A stretch of 64,000 nt of DNA from an uncultured Acidobacteriota bacterium (lineage in GTDB: Bacteria; Acidobacteriota; Thermoanaerobaculia; Multivoradales; UBA5704), in the NCBI GenBank assembly GCA_963770895.1, contig CAVYRF010000002.1, positions 1,824,001-1,888,000 on the forward strand. Direction: 5' to 3'. The translations under genes were made by a program, and so were the position numbers. This document shows positions 9,404 through 18,821 of the stretch, piece after piece; the stretch's first letter is position 1; each line of letters starts with the position of its first letter. The notes beneath the pieces are model-generated. The model did not search any database, had not been told where the DNA came from, and was given only the letters and a program-made list of their open reading frames with translations.

Positions 9404-11371
9404 ATGCCGACCACGTCGCGGGCCGCGCGGTCCGGGTCTCACGCCGGGTGGGGCGCTGCCGTGGTCCTGGCGCTCGGGATCGCCGCGTTCTACCTGGCGC
9501 TGACGCCGTGGACGACCGTCTGGGACCGCGACGAGGCGCGCTTTGCGCAGGCGGCCGGCGAAATGGAGTCCAGCGGACAGTGGCTGGTGCCGACGTTCAA
9601 CGGCAGCCTGCGCGCCGACAAGCCGATCCTGGCCTACTGGTTGATGGGCAGCTCGATGCGGTGGTTCGGCCGCGGCGCGGTGGCGGCGCGGCTATGGTCG
9701 CCGATCGCGCTGGCGGCCGCGGCGCTGGCCACGTTTGCGATCGGGCGCCGTCTGTTCGGGCGGGCCGGCGGTCTGTGGGCGATGGCGATCCTGGCGACGG
9801 CGCCGCTCAGCCTGGCCGAAGGCACCGCCGCGACCGCCGACGCCCTGCTGCTGGCGGCGGTCACCGCGGCCCTTGCCGCCTTCGCCGCCTGGCTGGTGCC
9901 GATGGCGCCGCCGGTCCAGCCGCCGGCCGCGGTCCAGCTGCCGGCCGCTGCCCGGTCGCCGGCCGCTTTCCGGTTGCCGGCCGGCGGCGCCAGCCTCTGG
10001 CAGCTGCTGGCGCTCGCCGGGGCGGTCACCGCGGCGCTGCTGGCCAAGGGACCGGTGGGCTTGGCCGTGCCGCTCCTTGCGATCGGCGGCACGCTGGCGA
10101 TCCTGGCGCGCGCCTGCCGGTGGCCCGCGGCGCCAGGCTCGGCGGAGAGCGCTGACGGCGGCGTCGGTGGCATCGGTGGCTTCAGCGCTGTCGGCGATTT
10201 TGACGGCATGGGCGGCGTCGGCGGTGTGCCGGCGCCCTGCGTCCTGCGCCGCTATGCCGTGGGCGCCGCGCTGGCCGCGCTGGTCGCCGTGGGCGGGTTC
10301 TGTGTCTGGGCGATTCCCGCCAACGCGGCGACCGGCGGGGCGCTGGCGCGCATCGGCCTGGGCACCCATGTGGTGGCGCGGTCGCTGGCCGCGACCGGAG
10401 GGCACGGCCGCAACGCCCTGCTCGCGATGGTCTACTACGTGCCGGTGCTGTGGGTGGGTTTCTTTCCCTGGACTCCATTGCTGCCGGCGGCCGGCTGCCT
10501 GCTTGCCGGCGGCCGCCTGGGCGGGGTGCGCGGTGGCGCGCTGCTCGGCGCCGGCGTGGTGCCGCTCCTGGTCCTCTTCACCCTGGTCGCGACCAAGCTC
10601 CCCCACTACGTGCTGCCGGCCTGGCCGCCGCTCTCCCTGGCGGTGGCGGGAGTCCTGGCCGCGGAACCCCGCCGCGCCTGGACGGCGCGCGAGCGCGCCT
10701 GGTTGCGGCGCGGCGTCTGGCTTGCCGCGCCCCCACTGGCGCTGGTCCTGGCCGCGCTGCTGGCGGGGGCGGCGCTCCCCTGGCTGGCGCGGACCCGGCC
10801 GCTGCCGCCGGCGCTCGCCGCCCTGGCCGCCGCGCCCGACGTCGCAGGGGTTTGCGCCGGCCTGGCCGCGGTGGTCGGTCTGACCTCGGCAGCCGCCCTG
10901 CGCTCCCAGTGGCGGGGCCGCGTGCGACGGGCCGCCGGCTTTTGCGTGGCGGGGTCGGCGCTCGCCGCGGCGGTGGCAGGCGCGCTGCTGGCCCCGGCAG
11001 CTGAGAGTCTCAAGCCGGTGCCGCGCCTGGCCCGCGCCATCCGCGCCGCGACGCCGCCAGGCACGCCGGTCGCCGCCTGGGGCTTCCAGGAGCCGAGCCT
11101 GGTGTTCGAGCTGGGCCGCTGGCCGATCGAGGAGCTGGCGGGCGACGATCCCGCGGCGGCGGTCCGCCGGTGGATGCGCCGCGCCGGCGCCGGCGTGCTG
11201 GTCCTGCCCCGCCAGGCGCTCGACCGGGTGCGCGCCGCCGCCCACGGCGCCCTGCCGGTTCGCGTGCTCGCCGCCTCCTCCGGCCTTGACGTGACGCACG
11301 GTCGCTGGCTCGACCTGGTGGCCGTCGAGCGCCTGGCGCCGCCGTCCGCGGCGCCGGCAGGGCCGCCTTGA
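9404..11371 (+). CDS. ArnT/GT39-family integral membrane glycosyltransferase
   Basis: WDRDEARFAQAAGEM, PTFNG..RADKP, LLAKGPVG, FFPW and TKLPHYVLP motifs, with many TM helices. Confidence 0.9.
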   Translation: MPTTSRAARSGSHAGWGAAVVLALGIAAFYLALTPWTTVWDRDEARFAQAAGEMESSGQWLVPTFNGSLRADKPILAYWLMGSSMRWFGRGAVAARLWSPIALAAAALATFAIGRRLFGRAGGLWAMAILATAPLSLAEGTAATADALLLAAVTAALAAFAAWLVPMAPPVQPPAAVQLPAAARSPAAFRLPAGGASLWQLLALAGAVTAALLAKGPVGLAVPLLAIGGTLAILARACRWPAAPGSAESADGGVGGIGGFSAVGDFDGMGGVGGVPAPCVLRRYAVGAALAALVAVGGFCVWAIPANAATGGALARIGLGTHVVARSLAATGGHGRNALLAMVYYVPVLWVGFFPWTPLLPAAGCLLAGGRLGGVRGGALLGAGVVPLLVLFTLVATKLPHYVLPAWPPLSLAVAGVLAAEPRRAWTARERAWLRRGVWLAAPPLALVLAALLAGAALPWLARTRPLPPALAALAAAPDVAGVCAGLAAVVGLTSAAALRSQWRGRVRRAAGFCVAGSALAAAVAGALLAPAAESLKPVPRLARAIRAATPPGTPVAAWGFQEPSLVFELGRWPIEELAGDDPAAAVRRWMRRAGAGVLVLPRQALDRVRAAAHGALPVRVLAASSGLDVTHGRWLDLVAVERLAPPSAAPAGPP

Positions 11372-12903
11372 GCACCGCGCTGGCGGCGCCGCCGCCGGAG
11401 CCGGCGTCGTCGGCGCTGGCGGCACCGGCGGCCGGGTCCGACCGCGCGTTCTGCCGGCGCGCCTGGGTGCTCATCGGCATCCTCACCGCGGTGCGCCTGT
11501 GCCTGTGCGGCGCCTTTGAGCTGCAGGGTGACGAAGCGTACTTCTGGCGCTGGTCGCGCCACCTGGACTGGTGCTACTACAGCAAGGGACCGGGAATCGC
11601 CGTCCTCATCCGGCTCGGCACCAGCCTGTTCGGCGCCAGCGAGCTCGGCGTCCGGGTTGTGGCCGTGCTGGCCTCGGCGGGTGCAAGCCTGGCGCTGTTC
11701 CAGCTCGGGCGGGCGCTCGGCTCGCCGCGCATCGGCTTTCTGACGGTGGTCGTGGCCAACACCACGCCGCTGTGGAGCGCCGGCAGCCTGCTGGCCACCG
11801 CGGACATGCCGTCGATTTTCGCCTGGACCGCGGCGGCGCTGGTGTTCTGGCGCATCCGCGGCAGCTCCAGGCCGCTGCCGTGGGCCGGCCTGGGGCTGCT
11901 GCTCGGCCTGGGCACCCTGATCCGCTTCGTCGTCGCCGTCGAGCCGCTCGCCTTCGCCCTCTATCTGGCAGGCGATCGCACTTTGCGCCGGCGGCTGCGC
12001 GAGCCAGGCTTTGCGTTGATGATGGCGGCGCTGTGCGCCACCCTGGTGCCGATGGCCGTCTGGCAGCAGCGGCACGGCGGGATCACCTGGGCGCATCTGT
12101 GGGCGCGCGGCGGCTTCGACCGCCCCTGGGGCTTCCATCCGCTGGCTTTCGCCGAGTTTGCCGCCCTGCAGTTTGCGGTGGTGCTGCCGTATGGCGTCGC
12201 GGCGCTGGCGGCCTGGGGACGGCGGGCAAGGCAGGCGCTCGGCGACGACGCCTACCGCTACCTCTGCGCGCTCTCCCTGCCGCTGCTCGGCTTTTACGCC
12301 CTGCTCGCCGTGAACCGCCCAGGGCAGCCAAACTGGACGGGACCGGCCTACGTCGCGGTCGCACTGGTCGTCGTGGCGGCCTTTGCGTCACCCTCCGGCG
12401 GCTCGCCGGCGATCCGGCGCCTGGCCTGGGCGACGCTGATCCTGGCGATGCTGCTCACCGCCGGCCTGCACCTGGCGCTGTTGAGCGTTGCCCTGCCAGG
12501 CGACCACAACCCGCTGGCCCGGTTGCGCGGCAGCCGCGATCTCGCCGGCCAGGTCGCGGCAGCCGCGCGGCGCACCGGCGCGGCTTTTGTGATCGGCGAT
12601 CACTACCAGGTGGCGAGCTTGCTGTCGTTCTATCTGCCCGGTCATCCGGAGGTGTACACGCCCTGTGCCGAGCGGCCCGCCAACCAGATCGACCTGTGGG
12701 GAGGCTACGGGGAAACGCTGCTGGGACGGGATGCGCTCTACGTCAGCGCCGCAAGCGCCGTGCCGCCGGCCCTGGCGCGGCAGTTTGCGGCCGTCGAGCC
12801 GCTGCCGCCGTTCTATACCCGCTGGCGAGGCCAGCCGGTCAGCCGCTTCTACGTCTTCGCCTGCCGCCGCCTGGTGCGCAGCTGCGCCGGCGCCCGGCCC
12901 TGA
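11368..12903 (+). CDS. Second GT39/PMT_2-family membrane glycosyltransferase
   Basis: GDEAYFWRWSRHLDWCYYSKGPG, SELGVR and NWTGPAY motifs. TTG start overlaps the upstream TGA. Confidence 0.88.
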   Translation: MSTALAAPPPEPASSALAAPAAGSDRAFCRRAWVLIGILTAVRLCLCGAFELQGDEAYFWRWSRHLDWCYYSKGPGIAVLIRLGTSLFGASELGVRVVAVLASAGASLALFQLGRALGSPRIGFLTVVVANTTPLWSAGSLLATADMPSIFAWTAAALVFWRIRGSSRPLPWAGLGLLLGLGTLIRFVVAVEPLAFALYLAGDRTLRRRLREPGFALMMAALCATLVPMAVWQQRHGGITWAHLWARGGFDRPWGFHPLAFAEFAALQFAVVLPYGVAALAAWGRRARQALGDDAYRYLCALSLPLLGFYALLAVNRPGQPNWTGPAYVAVALVVVAAFASPSGGSPAIRRLAWATLILAMLLTAGLHLALLSVALPGDHNPLARLRGSRDLAGQVAAAARRTGAAFVIGDHYQVASLLSFYLPGHPEVYTPCAERPANQIDLWGGYGETLLGRDALYVSAASAVPPALARQFAAVEPLPPFYTRWRGQPVSRFYVFACRRLVRSCAGARP

Positions 12904-12980
12904 GCGACGGCACCTTGCGCCCGCGCGGCCCCGCCGCCGGGCAACCTGGTCATTGCGCCGCCGGTCGTGGGCGGCCGGTT

Positions 12981-13820
12981 TCAGACGCCTTGCAGAGACG
13001 ACGAGCGGCGCAGCAGGCGCAGCGCCGCCAGCAGCAGCCCGCCCGCGAGCAGCGCCACCCCGAAGGCGCCGAGCGCCGGAACCTGGGCGATGGGAGCCTG
13101 CGCCGGCGCGATGACTGGGCTCTGGAAAAGGTCCGGGTCGGGAACTCCGTTGCCGTCCAGATCGAAGGCGATGCGCCCGCCCGCGGTGAGCGGCACGAAC
13201 ACCTGCGGGTCGCCGCTGCCGTCGCACGCCGACTTGGCGCCCAGCATCTCGGCCTGGCTCCAGGGGATGCTGATGAAATTCGGGATCCCCTCACCATTGG
13301 GGAAGTAGATGAAGGTGACGTTCATATTCAAGCTGCCGCCCGACAGCTCGAGCGTGTCGTAGACCCCGTTGTTGTGTGACGAAACCAGGGTGGCGGTGCC
13401 GCTCTGGTTGAGCGCAGCGCCGATGTAGTCCTGAAACAGGAAGCTGGTCGGCTCGCCCTGGGTATTGAAGCCGGTGATCGTCACCACCTGGGACCGTACG
13501 GGAGTGCCGCCGGTGCTGCGCGTGACCTGCGTGAAGACGCCGTTGCCGTTTTTGGCGCCCAGCGAAAAGGTGTTCTTCTGATTGCTGCAGTTCCACGGCG
13601 ATCCGATGGTCACCGTGTCGTTGACGCGCGTCAGCGAGATCGGGGAATCGGAAGGGCTGGGATACCCCAGACCGGCGCTGTCCACCAGCGGCGGATGGTC
13701 GGGGCCGACGAAGGGGCCGGGATTGATCTGTATCACCGCCGCCGCCGTGACAGGCAAGACCAACAGGCTCAGTCCGCCGAGCAGCAGGACCAGCCGGATA
13801 CGCGAAGACATGGTTCTCAT
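12981..13820 (-). CDS. Secreted protein with an IPTL-CTERM-like sorting signal
   Basis: N-terminal signal peptide, G/T/N/S-rich beta-type body, DLDGNGVPD motif, and a C-terminal VPALGAFG + TM + RLLRR tail. Confidence 0.8.
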   Translation of the reverse strand: MRTMSSRIRLVLLLGGLSLLVLPVTAAAVIQINPGPFVGPDHPPLVDSAGLGYPSPSDSPISLTRVNDTVTIGSPWNCSNQKNTFSLGAKNGNGVFTQVTRSTGGTPVRSQVVTITGFNTQGEPTSFLFQDYIGAALNQSGTATLVSSHNNGVYDTLELSGGSLNMNVTFIYFPNGEGIPNFISIPWSQAEMLGAKSACDGSGDPQVFVPLTAGGRIAFDLDGNGVPDPDLFQSPVIAPAQAPIAQVPALGAFGVALLAGGLLLAALRLLRRSSSLQGV

Positions 13821-13994
13821 CGAAGAGCTCCTCCTCGCCGTCAGGTCCGGACCGCGATCGCAGCCGGCTTGCCTGGGCTCTGCCTGCGGTCTCCGCGGTG
13901 GCTCACGGCCGCCCGCGGGTTGAAGCAGGAGTGCCTAAACTGTTTTGATTGTGACGTTTCCCAGAATAGATGCTATCCGCCGCCGGGCGCGGCG

Positions 13995-15839
13995 TCAAGC
14001 GCCGGCCGCCAGCTGGTCGGAAAACAGGGCCCGAAACGGCGGGCATGCGGCGAGCAGCTCGGGCAGGGTGCCGTCGCCGGCGATCCGTCCGCCGTGCAGC
14101 ATGACGATCCGCGGCCAGCGCGCCACCGACGACAGACGGTGGGCCAGCACCAGCACCGTGCGCCGCGCCAGCCAGGGCGCCAGGGCGGCCAGGATCTCCG
14201 CCTCGGCGTCGCTGTCCAGGGCGCTGGTCGCCTCGTCCAGAATCAGCACCGCCGGCTCGCGGACGATGGCGCGGGCCAAGGCGATGCGCTGGCGCTCGCC
14301 GCCCGAGAGCCCCCGCCCGCCCTCCGCGATGGGAGTGGCGAGGCCGTCCGCAAAGCGGCTCACGCGGTCCAGCTGGACCAGCCGGGCCGCCGCCAGCAGC
14401 GCCGCGTCCGCGACCCCCTCGCTGCCGTAGCGGAGGTTTTCGCCCAGGCTGCCGCTCCACACCGCCGGGTCCTGCTCGACGACGCAGACGGCGCGCCGCA
14501 GCTCGTCCAGACGCAGCTCGCGCAGGTCCGTCCCGTCGAGCCGGATGCAGCCGGCCTGCGGATCGCCGAAGCGTGCCACGAGGCCGGCGAGCGTGCTCTT
14601 GCCGCCGCCGCTCTCGGCCACCAGGGCCGCCGCCGCTCCAGGTTCCAGGACCAGGTCCAGCCCCTCGAGCAGCGGGCGCTGCCGGTCGTGGCGGAAATGG
14701 ACGTGCTCGATGCGCACCTGGCCGCGGCACGGGCGCGGCAGGATCTCCGTCCCCTCCCGCTCCGCCTGTGGCAGATCGACGATCTGGTACACCCGCGCCG
14801 CCGCCGCCAGCGCCGGCTGCGCCAATCCCTGCAGCTCGGCGATCCGCCGCAGCGGCTCGGCGACCTGGGCCGCGTACAGGCAGAAGGCGAGGAGCGCTCC
14901 CGGCGTCGCCCGCCCCGACTGCACCTGCAGGCTGCCATAGGCGATGCTCGCCAGCAGCAGGCCGCCGGTCACCAACCAAACCGCCGCGATCAGCAGCCCC
15001 GAGCTGGTTTCGACCGCCACGGCGGTGCGCCGGCAGCGTTCGCTCGCGGCGCCGAAGCGGCGGCGCTCCGCGTTCTCGTTGCGATAGCCCTTGATGGTGG
15101 TCCAGCCGTGCAGCTGCTCGGACAGGACCGCGGTCAGCAGCGCCGCTTCGCGCCGCGCCCGCTCGCCCCGGCGGCGCAGCGTGCGGCCCATGCGATCCAC
15201 CAGCCACGCCACCGGCGGGACCGCCGCCGCGGCCAGCAGCGCCAGCCGCCAGTCCAGCCTCAGCATCAGCACCAGCGCGCCCACCGCGACCAGGCTTTCG
15301 CCCAACAGCCGCTTGACGACGTTGACCACGAAGCCGGCGAGCTGCGCGGCATCCTGCAGCACGCGCGACAGCAGCTCGCCGCTGTGAAACGCGCGCACCG
15401 TCCCGGTCTCCACGGCCAGCAGCCGGGCCACCGCTCGCTCGCGCAAACGGGCGAGCAGGCGCTGATCGGCGGCGCTGAGCAGGGCGCGGCTGACCGCCAG
15501 GGCGCCGACCATCAGCGCCAGCTCCAGGCCGCCCAGCAGCAGCAGGCGCCGGGCCTGGGGCGGCGCCGCGCGCAGCAGCGGCCCTTCCACCCACTGCTTG
15601 ACCAGCCAGGTCAGCGCCAGCTGTGCCCCGCCGGCCACCGCGGTCGCCGCCAGACCGGTGATCAGGAGCCCGGGCGACCGCGCCGCGTCGCGCAGCAGGC
15701 GGCCGAAGACTGGCGGCGCCGGCGGCTTGGGCGCGGCGACCGCCGGCGCCGCCTGCACCGCCGCCGCCACGTCACCAGAGACGGGCGGCGTATCCACGGC
15801 GACCGGGGGCAAGGCGTGTACCATGGTTTCTTGTGACAT
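13995..15839 (-). CDS. msbA: ABC exporter, fused permease/ATPase, MsbA-like
   Basis: TM domain plus Walker A variant AESGGGKST, LSGGERQR and ILDEATSALD. The MsbA assignment is inferred from the lipid A context. Confidence 0.8.
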   Translation of the reverse strand: MSQETMVHALPPVAVDTPPVSGDVAAAVQAAPAVAAPKPPAPPVFGRLLRDAARSPGLLITGLAATAVAGGAQLALTWLVKQWVEGPLLRAAPPQARRLLLLGGLELALMVGALAVSRALLSAADQRLLARLRERAVARLLAVETGTVRAFHSGELLSRVLQDAAQLAGFVVNVVKRLLGESLVAVGALVLMLRLDWRLALLAAAAVPPVAWLVDRMGRTLRRRGERARREAALLTAVLSEQLHGWTTIKGYRNENAERRRFGAASERCRRTAVAVETSSGLLIAAVWLVTGGLLLASIAYGSLQVQSGRATPGALLAFCLYAAQVAEPLRRIAELQGLAQPALAAAARVYQIVDLPQAEREGTEILPRPCRGQVRIEHVHFRHDRQRPLLEGLDLVLEPGAAAALVAESGGGKSTLAGLVARFGDPQAGCIRLDGTDLRELRLDELRRAVCVVEQDPAVWSGSLGENLRYGSEGVADAALLAAARLVQLDRVSRFADGLATPIAEGGRGLSGGERQRIALARAIVREPAVLILDEATSALDSDAEAEILAALAPWLARRTVLVLAHRLSSVARWPRIVMLHGGRIAGDGTLPELLAACPPFRALFSDQLAAGA

Positions 15840-15852
15840 CCGTGAGAGCTCG

Positions 15853-17415
15853 ATGATAGCGGAGCCGGCCGAGCCGGGTCGCGTGGCCGCCTCGCCCGGC
15901 TGGTGGGTCGCGGCGGCGCTGGGGCTCTACGGCGCGCTGATGGGCGTCGCGGTGGGTGCCGTGCTCGACCCGCTGGAGAGGCTGGCGCGGTGGCGGCGGC
16001 GCGCGCGGCCGGACGACCTGGCCGAGCGCCAGGGCCGCGCCAGCGCTCCCGCGGCGACGGGGGGCGGGCGGCGCATCCTGCTGCACGCGGTTTCGGTGGG
16101 CGAGATGCGCGCCGCGGCGGCGCTGGCGCACGCCCTTGAGAGCGTGCAGCCCGGCGTCGAGCTGATCGTCACCGCCGGCAATCGCGACGGCCGCGCCGCG
16201 GCGGAGCGGTTGCTGAGCGGCTGCCCCGCGGCGCGGGCCGTGCAGCTCCTCCCCTGGGACCGGCCGGCGGCGATGCGCGCATGGCTGGCGCGGCTGCGCC
16301 CGGACGCCGCCGCGGTGGTGGAAGCCGAGATCTGGCCGGGCCTCTTCGGTGCCTGCCGTCAGCTGGGCATCCCGCTCGCGGTGGTGAGCGGGCGCCTGAC
16401 CGGCGCCAACGTGCGCGGCTACCGGCTGGCGCGCCCCATCTTTGCGCGCGTCCTTGCCGGCGCGGCGTGGATCGGCGTGCAGGAGCCCCTGGACCGTCAG
16501 CGCTTCCTGGCGATCGGCGCGCCGCCGGGCGCCGTGTACGTGCTCGGCGACCTCAAGGCCGGCGCGCCCGCGGCGCCCGCGAGCCTGGCCGCGCCAGCCG
16601 CCTTCGGCGGACCTTGGATTGCCGGCTCGATCGCGGCGCCCCGGCCGCTGCTGGTCGCCGGCAGCACGCACGCTCCCGAGGAACGCTGGCTCATTGCGGC
16701 CCTGGAGCGGCTCGTCCGGCCGGAGCAGCGGCCCCGCCAGGCGGCGGCGATCTCGCTGCCGCGTTGTGCCGACGAGCCGCGGGCGTTGCAGGACCAGCTG
16801 CGGCTTGATCTGGCGCCGCGCTGCGCCGACGAGCCGCAGGCGTTGCGGGCGCTACGGGACCGGCCTCGGCTTGTCCTGGCGCCGCGCTCGATCGGCCGTG
16901 CCGCGGCGGTGGCGCGCCTGGCGCGCCGCCGCGGCTTGCGCTGCCAGATGTGGAGCGAGCAGCCCGGCGGCGACGATTGGGACGTGCTGGTGCTCGATCG
17001 GCTTGGCCCCTTGGCGGCCCTCTATCCCGGAGCCGCGCTGGCGTTCGTCGGCGGCACGCTGGCCCGCCGCGGCGGCCACACGCCACTGGAGGCCGCGGCG
17101 TGCGGCGTGCCGCTGCTGGCGGGGCCGCACCGCCAGCACATTGCGGCCGTCGCCGCGCGGCTCGAACGGGCCGGCGGCTTGCAGACCGTCGGAAACGCCC
17201 GCCAGCTGGCGGCCGCATGGCAGTCGCTGCTGGCCGACCTGCCCCGCCGGCGCCGCATGCGCAGCGCGCTGCTGACCGCGACCCGCGACGGCTGCGACGT
17301 CGCGGCGCGCTATGCCCGCGCGCTGCTGGCCGGCGGTCCGGGGATCGCGGATACCGCGGCCGCGGCGCCACCGGCCGGCGCCGCGAACGCCGCGGCCAGC
17401 TCGCGCCGTCCGTAG
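15853..17415 (+). CDS. waaA: 3-deoxy-D-manno-octulosonic acid (Kdo) transferase
   Basis: LHAVSVGE, VVEAEIWP, GDLK, VAGSTHAPEE, LAPR and AFVGGTL..RGGHTPLEAAACG motifs. Confidence 0.9.
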   Translation: MIAEPAEPGRVAASPGWWVAAALGLYGALMGVAVGAVLDPLERLARWRRRARPDDLAERQGRASAPAATGGGRRILLHAVSVGEMRAAAALAHALESVQPGVELIVTAGNRDGRAAAERLLSGCPAARAVQLLPWDRPAAMRAWLARLRPDAAAVVEAEIWPGLFGACRQLGIPLAVVSGRLTGANVRGYRLARPIFARVLAGAAWIGVQEPLDRQRFLAIGAPPGAVYVLGDLKAGAPAAPASLAAPAAFGGPWIAGSIAAPRPLLVAGSTHAPEERWLIAALERLVRPEQRPRQAAAISLPRCADEPRALQDQLRLDLAPRCADEPQALRALRDRPRLVLAPRSIGRAAAVARLARRRGLRCQMWSEQPGGDDWDVLVLDRLGPLAALYPGAALAFVGGTLARRGGHTPLEAAACGVPLLAGPHRQHIAAVAARLERAGGLQTVGNARQLAAAWQSLLADLPRRRRMRSALLTATRDGCDVAARYARALLAGGPGIADTAAAAPPAGAANAAASSRRP

Positions 17416-17832
17416 CGCTCGACCGTGCCGTCCGGCCGATGCTTCCAGCGCCAGTGGACCCAGCGCCATTGCAGGGGATCGTCGCGCACCCACCCCTCGT
17501 AGACCGCGACCAGCTGCCGCGTCAGTTCCACGATGGCTTCAGGGGCGCGGCCCGCGGTTTCGACCTGGTGCAGGCGGATCAGGAATGGCACCGGCCCCGG
17601 CCGGCGCACCGCGGCGCCGACGACCAGCGGCGCGCCGCTGGCCAAGGCCAGCAAGGCCGCCGGCACCGCGAAGCGGCGGGCGGTGCTCCGGTCCAGGGCC
17701 GCGCCGTAGGCACGGCGCAGGTTGATCATGCCGGTGCGCCGCGCGTGCCCCCAACCGACGCAGACCAGGCGGCCGTAGAAATCGCCCAGCGCGCCCGCCG
17801 CGCGCCACGACAGCAGCCATAGCGGCAGCGCC
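16592..17832. repeat. Left copy of a long direct repeat (waaA 3' half + lpxL 3' part)
   Basis: Aligns with 20002-21628 apart from SNPs and indels, including a 441-bp deletion. Confidence 0.9.
17310..17832 (-). pseudogene. Decayed duplicate of the lipid A acyltransferase (5'-truncated, internal in-frame deletion)
   Basis: ...STARRFAV|PAALLALASGAP lacks the sequence equivalent to 21018-21458, which includes the GHLGSWE catalytic motif. Confidence 0.85.
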
Positions 17833-17859
17833 CTTTGCGCCGCGACCGCGGCGCGGGCG

Positions 17860-18135
17860 GTGGCGGCGACGAAACTAGGAGTCGGCGGAGAGGTTCACTG
17901 GCAACCGCAAGCTCGGCGAGATCTGAAGCGACTCGACCGACTCGTGCGACGCCGTGTGGTTGAAGCAGTAGAGCAATTCGCGCAAACTGGAGAGGGCGAC
18001 GTAGTGCGTCTCGTTGGTGTCGATCCTCCCGAGTACCGCCTGAGGATAGGCGACTGGCGCCTTCGTTTCGCTCGCGACGACGAGCACCGCTTGCAGGTGC
18101 TTCGCGTGCTGCATCGCGGGAAGGCGTACCGCTAG
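17860..18135 (+). CDS. RelE/ParE-family toxin
   Basis: WQPQARRDLKRLD...GDVVRL...EYRLRIGDWRLRF...VLRVLHRGKAYR. Start is uncertain (GTG, no clear RBS). Confidence 0.82.
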   Translation: MAATKLGVGGEVHWQPQARRDLKRLDRLVRRRVVEAVEQFAQTGEGDVVRLVGVDPPEYRLRIGDWRLRFARDDEHRLQVLRVLHRGKAYR

Positions 18136-18141
18136 GTGAGA

Positions 18142-18396
18142 TCAGGTGTCTAGCTCGAACTCTCGCTTGAGTGCCTCCGTGGAGATGCCCTCGCCGCGCG
18201 CGAGTTCTTGGCGCGCCTCGGTCAGGCCGCCATCGTCGTCATCTGTGTCGGGCTCGTCGTCGACTGGCGCCAGGAGCAGGGCACGAGCGATGGGGTCAGC
18301 AGTCATGGTCAGGCCAACGAGCAACCGGCCGACAGTTGCTAGATCCTCTTCTGGAAGCGAATCGACGAGGCGATGAAGGGTAGCGCGCTGAGACAT
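18142..18396 (-). CDS. Putative antitoxin
   Basis: LHRLVDSLPEEDL...APVDDEP...EARQELARGEGISTEALKREF is an acidic RelB-like protein. Alternative ATG at 18420. Confidence 0.7.
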   Translation of the reverse strand: MSQRATLHRLVDSLPEEDLATVGRLLVGLTMTADPIARALLLAPVDDEPDTDDDDGGLTEARQELARGEGISTEALKREFELDT

Positions 18397-18515
18397 GGGC
18401 GGTTCTTCCGCGGCAGCCATCCTCCCTGATCAAGGGAGGTTGCCTTACTCCTGAGAGAGGCGAGGGGGGCCAGGGTCCCTCTATTCGACCTGAATGATAC
18501 TACCGAAGTGCGGCG

Positions 18516-18537
18516 GAAATTTCGCATGCGAAATTTC
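18516..18537. promoter_or_regulatory. Perfect 22-bp palindrome
   Basis: GAAATTTCGCATGCGAAATTTC equals its own reverse complement. It lies between the divergent antitoxin and recombinase genes. Confidence 0.6.
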
Positions 18538-18821
18538 TTGGGTCGAGCCCCCCGAGTGGTGGCATCGACCACTGCCAACCAACCGATGGACGAATTAGCG
18601 AGCCCGCAGCGTCCCGATCGCTTACCGGGACGGCCTTTAGGGGGGCGTGGCCGGCTGTCATCGCGTGGGGCCGGCGAGGGCGCCCTGGTAGCGGGAGTCG
18701 ACCTCTGCGAGATCCATGGGCTTCGCTCTTCCGCCGGAGTCCCGCGCCTCCTCTCCGGGGCCGGCATTTGCGCGGCCTGGGTAGCAACGAGCGGCCCGTC
18801 TAGGGCCGCCGGCGGGCCTGG

